Source: an uncultured Gammaproteobacteria bacterium
Lineage (GTDB): Bacteria; Patescibacteriota; Patescibacteriia; UBA2591; UBA6264
Assembly: GCA_964507075.1 (NCBI GenBank)
Contig: CAZDOL010000008.1
Span: forward strand, 9,886 to 30,274
DNA length: 20,389 nt
Direction of reading: 5' to 3'
Part shown: one piece after another, positions 1 through 5,861 of the stretch
How positions within the stretch are numbered: the first letter of the stretch is position 1
Layout: the number at the start of each line of letters is the position of its first letter
Program-made: the position numbers and the translations under genes
Notes under the pieces: model-generated
The model's database searches: none
The model's input: only the letters and a program-made list of their open reading frames with translations
What the model was told of the DNA's origin: nothing

Positions 1-1
1 A

Positions 2-982
2 AAACTATTTAGTGGCATTCAGCCCACAGGAACATTACATATTGGTAATTATTTTGGAGCTATTAAAAACTGGGTTGAATTGCAAAAAAAATATGATAGC
101 ATTTTTTGCATAGTTGATTATCATTCTCTGACTAATTCTATAAATCCTGAAGAATTATCAAAACAAACCATAGAAATGGCCATGGATTTAATTGCTTGTG
201 GAATTGACCCTCTTAATTCAATCTTATTTGTTCAGTCATCTGTTCTCGAGCACACAGAACTAACCTGGATTTTAAGCTCTTTTACTCCTTTAGCTGAATT
301 ACAACGCATGACCCAATTTAAAGAGAAATCTCAAAAAAATATAAAAAATGTTAATGCTGGCTTACTATATTATCCAATTTTGATGGCAGCTGATATTTTA
401 CTCTATAAAGCAGAAGCTGTGCCTGTTGGCCACGACCAATTACAACACATAGAAATAGCCCGGACCATAGCTCGTAAATTCAATAAACAATTAGGAAAAA
501 CGTTTCCTGAGCCAAAGGGTGTTTTAACGTCCGCTCCACGCTTAATGAGCTTAATAAATCCCAAGGAAAAAATGAGTAAATCTGGAGGAAACGATAGCTA
601 TATTGCTTTATCTGACACTTTGGAAACAATTGAAAAAAAATTGTCTGTTGCAGTCACTGATCCAGCCAGAAAAATGAGAACAGACTCAGGCACGCCAACC
701 AAGTGTAATATTTATCAATTACATCAACTTGTTTCAGGCTCCCCTGATTTGAAATATATAGACGATGGATGCCGTCAGGCTAAAATTGGGTGTTTAGAGT
801 GCAAAAAAATGTTAGCTAAAAATATATTTACTGAATTAAAACCAATTCAAGAAAAGAAAAAAGAATTAGAAAAAAATCCTGAGGAGATAAAAAAAATACT
901 CCAAAATGGAGCTTTGAGAGCGCGAGAGATTGCTCAAAAAAATATGAAAGAAATTAAAAAGAAAATTGGATTATTTTCTTAA
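2..982 (+). CDS. trpS: Tryptophanyl-tRNA synthetase, 5'-truncated by the window edge
   Basis: The track ORF 80..982 starts on TTG, but its frame stays open to base 2. That extension reads KLFSGIQPTGTLHIGNYFGAIKNWVELQ, which contains the class-I HIGH-type signature (HIGN). The KMSKS signature is present (EKMSKSGG). A C-terminal four-Cys motif is also present (see findings). Confidence 0.93.
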   Translation, partial: KLFSGIQPTGTLHIGNYFGAIKNWVELQKKYDSIFCIVDYHSLTNSINPEELSKQTIEMAMDLIACGIDPLNSILFVQSSVLEHTELTWILSSFTPLAELQRMTQFKEKSQKNIKNVNAGLLYYPILMAADILLYKAEAVPVGHDQLQHIEIARTIARKFNKQLGKTFPEPKGVLTSAPRLMSLINPKEKMSKSGGNDSYIALSDTLETIEKKLSVAVTDPARKMRTDSGTPTKCNIYQLHQLVSGSPDLKYIDDGCRQAKIGCLECKKMLAKNIFTELKPIQEKKKELEKNPEEIKKILQNGALRAREIAQKNMKEIKKKIGLFS

Positions 983-1749
983 ATTTCTTCTAACTGTATT
1001 TTAGAACCAAACCATAGTCGAGCTAAAGCTTGGGTTTGGTTGTTGATATCAGAAGCAAAAAATTGATGACGAGACCCTTGCAAAAGGTTCTTTTTTATTC
1101 CTGGGTTATCTTTCAAAAATTCGGATAAATAAGAATTGATAACACTCATAGGGCTAATAATCTTAACTTGTTTTCCTATCTTAATTTGGATTATATCCTG
1201 TAATTGACAATAAACAGAATTAGTTAAGACGAGAGTGTCTATTTGCTTGCAATGTAATTCGTAAAGATAAGCCCTTAACACCTTTTTAGTAACTGCTTTT
1301 TTGATCCAACCCTCTCTAATTAAAGGCCCAAGCAAAGGAGTAGCCTTAGCTAAAACTTTAACTTTTTTGTCAATTTTATGAATGGCCTTGGGCATAAAAT
1401 CAGAATCAATAATTGCTTGAGAAGCAATTACCCCTATTCTTTTGTTTTGACTCTCTTTAATTGCTGAACCTATCAACCAATCTATAAGAGATACTATTGG
1501 AACCTTAATTTTAATGTTCTCTAATACAACAGCCATACATAGGTCAGAAACAATAATTAACTTAGCTCCTTTCTCAATTAGAAAATCAACTCCTTCTTCG
1601 GCACATTTTTTAATAGTCCTCTCCCCTTTATTATCTAAAGGTCCTCTTTCGGTATCCGAAAAATACAAAATCTGAAACTCAGGAAATTTATCAATAATTT
1701 CCTTAGCTAACATTAAACCACCTAAATTTGAATCTAAAATACCAATCAT
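979..1749 (-). CDS. murI: Asp/Glu racemase superfamily protein, glutamate racemase (MurI)-like but with altered catalytic motifs
   Basis: The blocks IGILDSNLGG, YFSDTERGP, KLIIVSDLCMA, RIGVIAS and DTLVLTNSVYC line up with the MurI layout (DSGxGG, GDTxxxPYG, xxACNTA, IGVLAT, LGCTHYP). Both catalytic-Cys positions are substituted. The stop codon overlaps the trpS stop codon. Confidence 0.7.
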   Translation of the reverse strand: MIGILDSNLGGLMLAKEIIDKFPEFQILYFSDTERGPLDNKGERTIKKCAEEGVDFLIEKGAKLIIVSDLCMAVVLENIKIKVPIVSLIDWLIGSAIKESQNKRIGVIASQAIIDSDFMPKAIHKIDKKVKVLAKATPLLGPLIREGWIKKAVTKKVLRAYLYELHCKQIDTLVLTNSVYCQLQDIIQIKIGKQVKIISPMSVINSYLSEFLKDNPGIKKNLLQGSRHQFFASDINNQTQALARLWFGSKIQLEEI

Positions 1750-1759
1750 ATAATCATTT

Positions 1760-1791
1760 GAACATTAGAACATTTGAACATTAGAACATTC
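1760..1791. repeat. Tandem 8-mer GAACATTN x4
   Basis: The sequence is GAACATTA GAACATTT GAACATTA GAACATTC. It begins 11 bp upstream of the murI-like start codon (1749). Confidence 0.9.
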
Positions 1792-1826
1792 TTATTTATT
1801 ATTTTATTTACTATTGAAGTCTAACT

Positions 1827-2507
1827 TCAACAGACCTTTTGGGCAATAGTTATTAAGTTAAACCCCTTTCGGGAATCTTTTTGATTTCTGATTATTTTAA
1901 AACCCGCCTGTTTTGTTAATCTCCTAATTTCTCCCAGAGTAAAAACATGATGATAACGTTCTATTTTTTCTGGTCCTGCTTTCCATGGCACAAAAACATC
2001 TCGTTGTCCCCAAAACAAAGAATAAAGGTGATAACGCAGAATTAGTTTCCATTGCCTAAGATTCCAAACCGTAAAAATCAAAAAACCATTTGGCTTTAAA
2101 AGAGAAAAACAATTTTTTAAAATTTTAAGCCGTAATTTTTTTGAAGGAATGTGGTGCAAAAAAGCAACAGAGATTATAAGATCAAATTCATTTTTTGGAA
2201 GCTGAGCTTCCAAATCCAAGGCATCAGCTACAATAAATTTAGGTTTATTAAACTGCTCTCTAGCTATTTTAATCAACCCTTCGCTATTGTCAATGCCAAT
2301 ATATTCAACTTTTTTGTCTTTAAAAAGTTGATATAATCGCCCATTGCCACAACCCAAATCCAATATCTTCTGTCCGTCTTTGATATATTCTAAGGGAATT
2401 CTTGATTTATTCCAACTTTCTTTTCTTGTTTTAGAAAATGTTTCCGCAACAATTTGCCAATTCTCTTTATTTTGTTCCAAAATCTTCTGAACTCTTTTTT
2501 TGTTCAT
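1827..2507 (-). CDS. Class I SAM-dependent methyltransferase, Trm9/ALKBH8-MT-like (candidate tRNA cm5U34 methyltransferase)
   Basis: SAM motif I is present (ILDLGCGNG). The blocks FSKTRKESW, ISVAFLHHI, LIFTVWNL, RDVFVPW and RYHHVFTLGEI parallel Trm9 blocks recalled from yeast Trm9: FSQTRYKPW, ISIAVVHH, LIYCWALEQ, QDVFVPW and RYYHLYREGEL. The gene is divergent from elp3. Confidence 0.7.
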   Translation of the reverse strand: MNKKRVQKILEQNKENWQIVAETFSKTRKESWNKSRIPLEYIKDGQKILDLGCGNGRLYQLFKDKKVEYIGIDNSEGLIKIAREQFNKPKFIVADALDLEAQLPKNEFDLIISVAFLHHIPSKKLRLKILKNCFSLLKPNGFLIFTVWNLRQWKLILRYHLYSLFWGQRDVFVPWKAGPEKIERYHHVFTLGEIRRLTKQAGFKIIRNQKDSRKGFNLITIAQKVC

Positions 2508-2513
2508 AATTAC

Positions 2514-2541
2514 ATTCTATCAGAAATATAATAGTCAGCAA
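2514..2541 (-). promoter_or_regulatory. Candidate promoter of the Trm9-like gene (would give a leaderless mRNA)
   Basis: Read on the minus strand: -35 TTGCTG (2541..2536), a 16-nt spacer and -10 TAGAAT (2519..2514). Only 6 nt separate the -10 box from the ATG at 2507. Chance matches are common in AT-rich DNA. Confidence 0.35.
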
Positions 2542-2547
2542 GATTAG

Positions 2548-2585
2548 TTACTTGGGAGTTTACTTGGGAGTCGGACTCCCAAGTA
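2548..2585. repeat. Three copies of TACTTGGGAGT (two tandem, one inverted) forming a perfect 11-bp palindrome
   Basis: TTACTTGGGAGT occurs at 2548-2559 and 2560-2571, followed by CGG and then ACTCCCAAGTA at 2575-2585. The cluster lies 7 bp upstream of the putative -35 of the Trm9-like gene. Confidence 0.8.
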
Positions 2586-2644
2586 GATTCTCACATTTAG
2601 GAAAGATACAATGACTGAATTAGTATTATTTTTAACAAAATTGT

Positions 2645-2741
2645 AAAACAGCCAATTTCTTGCCAAATCAGAAAAATCGTCTTATAATCTACAGTTGACG
2701 CGGGTTTTAGAGAGCCAACTTAGTGGGACAGTCCCCTTTTT
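2645..2741 (+). repeat. Intergenic element A (promoter-like module + GACGCGG + GGGACAGTCCCC hairpin + T-run); candidate small RNA or elp3 leader
   Basis: It shares the ordered blocks AAAACAG, TGCCAAATC, a -10-like box, GACGCGG (2697-2703) and GGGACAGTCCCC (2725-2736) with element B. It ends in TTTTT (2737-2741). Confidence 0.6.
2660..2688 (+). promoter_or_regulatory. Candidate sigma70-type promoter at the head of element A
   Basis: It has -35 TTGCCA (2660-2665), a 17-nt spacer and -10 TATAAT (2683-2688). It lies about 115 nt upstream of the elp3 ATG. Confidence 0.5.
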
Positions 2742-2802
2742 CAAATATAGTAATGCGTTTTTTTATTGAATATTTGTACAGAAATGATAAGATTAGATTG
2801 TC

Positions 2803-4446
2803 ATGAAAAAAGAAATAGAAAGAAAAAAGATAAAAATAGTTCAGGAAATGGCCAAGGAAATAATCACCTCGGAAAAAGAATTTGAAAAAGTTAAACAGAA
2901 AACAATTGCTAAGATTAAAATAACTTTCCCAGCCAACAATGAACTATTGATGATATATAAAAAATTACGAAAACAGGATAATGTCCATCCTAATTTTTAT
3001 TTTGAAAAATTATTAAAAAAACGGCCAATCCGCAGTTTATCCGGGGTAGCAATTGTCGCTGTTCTTACTAAACCATGGCCTTGTCCTGGCAAATGCATCT
3101 ATTGCCCGACGGAAAAGAACATTCCCCAAAGCTATCTATCTGGTGAACCAGCAGTAGAAAGGGCTAAAACATTGAATTATGACCCTTATTTACAAACCAG
3201 AAAAAGAATTGAAATGTTGGAAAGAAATGGTCACCCAACCGACAAAATTGAACTAATTGTTATTGGTGGAACCTGGAGTTATTTGCCCAAACATTATCAA
3301 ACGTGGTTTATTAAAAAATGTTTTGACGGAGCTAATAATCAAAAAAAATCAGCTTCCAGCTTAGAAGAAGCACAAAAGAAAAACGAAAAAACCAAACACC
3401 GCTTAATAGGCATTACCTTAGAAACAAGGCCTGACTATATTACCCATTCTGAAATTAAAAGGATGAGGAAATTGGGTTGCACTAGAGTAGAAATAGGAGT
3501 ACAAATACTTGATGACCAAATACTAAAAATGAATCAACGTGGTCATTTAATTGACAAAACAATCAAAGCTACAAAATTACTAAAAAATGCTGGTTTTAAA
3601 ATATGCTACCATATTATGCCTGGTCTCTTGGGCTCAAACCCTAAACAAGATTTAAAAAAATTTAGAGAACTTTTCTCTAATCCTGATTTTCAACCCGATA
3701 TGTTAAAAATCTATCCCTGCGTAGTCACCAAAGGTTCAAAATTGTATAAGTTATGGAAAGAGAAAAAATATCAACCATATACCAATCGTCAGTTAACAAA
3801 TCTGCTTATCAAAATGAAATCATTGGTGCCGCCCTATGTCCGGATTAACCGCATTATCCGCGATATCCCCTCTTGGCAAATTCAAGGAGGAAGTAAAATT
3901 TCAAATATGCGTCAATATTTAAAAATTAGAATGAAAGAAGAAGGATTAGAATGTCAATGTATCCGCTGTCGAGAGATTAAATCAAGCCAATTTAAACTAA
4001 AAGACCTAAAATTAAAACGCCAAGAATATATAGCTTCTAATGGTCAAGAAATATTTTTGTCTTTTGAGGATTTGCACATAGACCAAAAATCTAATAATAG
4101 AAACTTACCCCCACACCTATGCATAGGTAGCGGGGGTAAATTAGCTGCTTTCTTAAGATTAAGATTATCTATTAATGATAAAAATTCGTCACAACAAAAA
4201 GCATTAAGAAAGAGTGCGATTATTCGCGAAATACACACTTATGGTCAACTTGTTTCCATAAACAAAAAAAGTAAAAAAGCCCTTCAACATCTTGGCTTTG
4301 GCAAAAAATTGATTCAAGAAGCAGAGAAAATTAGTAAAAAAGCGGGGTATAAAAAAATAGCCGTTATTGCTGGCATTGGGGTTCGTCCCTATTACCGCAA
4401 ACTTGGCTATCGCCTTGAAGATACTTATATGGTTAAGTCATTGTAA
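2803..4446 (+). CDS. elp3: Elp3-type radical SAM / GNAT enzyme (tRNA uridine-34 carboxymethylation family)
   Basis: The sequence RSLSGVAIVAVLTKPWPCPGKCIYCP carries a Cx4Cx2C radical-SAM cluster motif (3082-3105). Also present are ELIVIGGTWSY, ITLETRPDY and RVEIGVQILDD, plus a C-terminal GNAT-like segment (FLRLRL ... HLGFGKKLIQEAEKISKKAGYKKIAVIAGIGVRPYYRKLGY). The length of 547 aa is typical of Elp3. Confidence 0.88.
   Translation: MKKEIERKKIKIVQEMAKEIITSEKEFEKVKQKTIAKIKITFPANNELLMIYKKLRKQDNVHPNFYFEKLLKKRPIRSLSGVAIVAVLTKPWPCPGKCIYCPTEKNIPQSYLSGEPAVERAKTLNYDPYLQTRKRIEMLERNGHPTDKIELIVIGGTWSYLPKHYQTWFIKKCFDGANNQKKSASSLEEAQKKNEKTKHRLIGITLETRPDYITHSEIKRMRKLGCTRVEIGVQILDDQILKMNQRGHLIDKTIKATKLLKNAGFKICYHIMPGLLGSNPKQDLKKFRELFSNPDFQPDMLKIYPCVVTKGSKLYKLWKEKKYQPYTNRQLTNLLIKMKSLVPPYVRINRIIRDIPSWQIQGGSKISNMRQYLKIRMKEEGLECQCIRCREIKSSQFKLKDLKLKRQEYIASNGQEIFLSFEDLHIDQKSNNRNLPPHLCIGSGGKLAAFLRLRLSINDKNSSQQKALRKSAIIREIHTYGQLVSINKKSKKALQHLGFGKKLIQEAEKISKKAGYKKIAVIAGIGVRPYYRKLGYRLEDTYMVKSL
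4105..4139. repeat. Palindromic hairpin element D1 embedded in-frame in elp3
   Basis: The sequence is TTACCCCC-AC-ACCTATGCATAGGT-AGC-GGGGGTAA, with 8-bp outer arms and a perfect 14-nt inner palindrome. It is near-identical to the terminator hairpin at 9599-9626 (CCCCCACACCTAT then CATAGGT). Confidence 0.7.
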
Positions 4447-4461
4447 GATAGGTGCTTGGGG

Positions 4462-4485
4462 ATTGGATAATTGGTTAATTGGGAT
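4462..4485. repeat. Tandem 8-mer ATTGGNNN x3
   Basis: The sequence ATTGGATA ATTGGTTA ATTGGGAT lies in the convergent elp3/murF spacer. Confidence 0.8.
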
Positions 4486-4490
4486 TTTGT

Positions 4491-4518
4491 TAGAAATTAG
4501 AAATTAGAAATTAGAAAT
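4491..4518. repeat. Tandem 7-mer TAGAAAT x4
   Basis: Four perfect copies lie in the convergent elp3/murF spacer. Confidence 0.9.
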
Positions 4519-4527
4519 TTATTTGAA

Positions 4528-5820
4528 TCACCTCCATTCCTTGCTTTGGCGTACTAAAAGTTTTTTTGCTTGCTCAGGTTTAAGCATTATTTTTTTTACT
4601 ATTTTTTCTAAATGTATCCCTTGTGATCCTTTAATTAGAATAACGTCTCCTTTATAAATCTTGGATTGCAAAAAGTCTCCCGCTTCTGAGGCATTAGTAA
4701 AGCTAAAAATTCTACTCAAAGATAAACCTGAATTCTGCGCTCCCTCTGATATTTTTTCAGCTTCTTTGCCAACCACAACTAAATAATCTGGTTGCATTTC
4801 GCCTACTTCTTCTCCTGTTTCCCAATGAGCTTTGGCGCTCAATTCGCCCAATTCCAACATATCTCCCAATACTACCCATTTTCTTGCCCTATTGGCAATT
4901 TTTATTTTATCCAAAGAAAGAAGAGAAAGCTTGACTGCTTGGGGCGAAGAATTATATGTATCATCTAAAAGAAGAGTTTCTCGTATTCCTAAAATCATGT
5001 TTAAACGTCCTGGCAATGCTTTATGTTTAGGAAGAGTTTTAATAATATCAATCAGGTTTAGACCCAACGCCAAACCAACTGCAATTGCTCCTAAAACAGA
5101 ATAAATTTGGGCTTGACTTACGGTTTTGGAAAGAAATACTGGAACGGTGCTTCCTTTATAATTAACCTTAAATGTTAATCCTTTTATTTGAGGAATTCCT
5201 TCATCTAATAATTCTTGATCTAACTGAATCTCGGTTGCTTGAATATCAGCTTTTTTCGACAAGCCAAATGTCAATATTTGCGCTGAAGTTTTGTCAGACA
5301 TAGCCCTCACTCTCTTGTCATCAATATTTAAAATAGCCCAATTTTTCTCTTTCAAATTTTTAATGAGGGTCTCCTTCTCTTTTGCTACTGAGTTAATATT
5401 TTTGAAAAACTCAATGTGGGTTAATCCTACAGCTGTAATTACTCCTAATTTTAAAGGAGCAATATCTACTAAATGTTTAATATCGCCCGGATGATCAGCT
5501 GCCATTTCTAAAATTAAAATTTCCGGGTAATTAACCCGAAATAATAAAATTTTACTAACTTGGAAAAATATATTTATCCATCCCCCAATATTTTTACCCG
5601 GAGACAAAGAACCAAAAATTGTTAATGGCAATCCTATTTCGTTGTTATAATTTTTTGAGCTACAACGAGCATTAAACTTATTTTTTAAAATTGTATAAAT
5701 AACTTCTTTGATTGATGATTTCCCGACACTACCAGTAACTCCAATAATCAAAGGCTTATATTTCTTAATCACCTTTTTAGCAAAATGAGCTAAAATTTTA
5801 TGCAAAAGTTTTATAAACAT
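4528..5820 (-). CDS. murF: UDP-MurNAc-tripeptide--D-Ala-D-Ala ligase (MurF), short form lacking the usual N-terminal domain
   Basis: Mur-ligase signatures are present: P-loop IIGVTGSVGKSS, NYNNEIGLPLT, DDTYNSSPQA and GDMLELGE. The P-loop begins near residue 27, whereas I recall it near residue 100 in classical MurF. Confidence 0.85.
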   Translation of the reverse strand: MFIKLLHKILAHFAKKVIKKYKPLIIGVTGSVGKSSIKEVIYTILKNKFNARCSSKNYNNEIGLPLTIFGSLSPGKNIGGWINIFFQVSKILLFRVNYPEILILEMAADHPGDIKHLVDIAPLKLGVITAVGLTHIEFFKNINSVAKEKETLIKNLKEKNWAILNIDDKRVRAMSDKTSAQILTFGLSKKADIQATEIQLDQELLDEGIPQIKGLTFKVNYKGSTVPVFLSKTVSQAQIYSVLGAIAVGLALGLNLIDIIKTLPKHKALPGRLNMILGIRETLLLDDTYNSSPQAVKLSLLSLDKIKIANRARKWVVLGDMLELGELSAKAHWETGEEVGEMQPDYLVVVGKEAEKISEGAQNSGLSLSRIFSFTNASEAGDFLQSKIYKGDVILIKGSQGIHLEKIVKKIMLKPEQAKKLLVRQSKEWR

Positions 5821-5861
5821 GTTTAAAAATAAAAATTGCTACTTGTTGATTGCCAATTATT

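Noticed and set aside
2704-2724. GTTTTAGAGAG inside element A resembles the start of type II CRISPR repeats or tracrRNA anti-repeats.
   Set aside because: It occurs only once. There is no repeat-spacer array and no cas gene in the window. The match is only about 9 nt.
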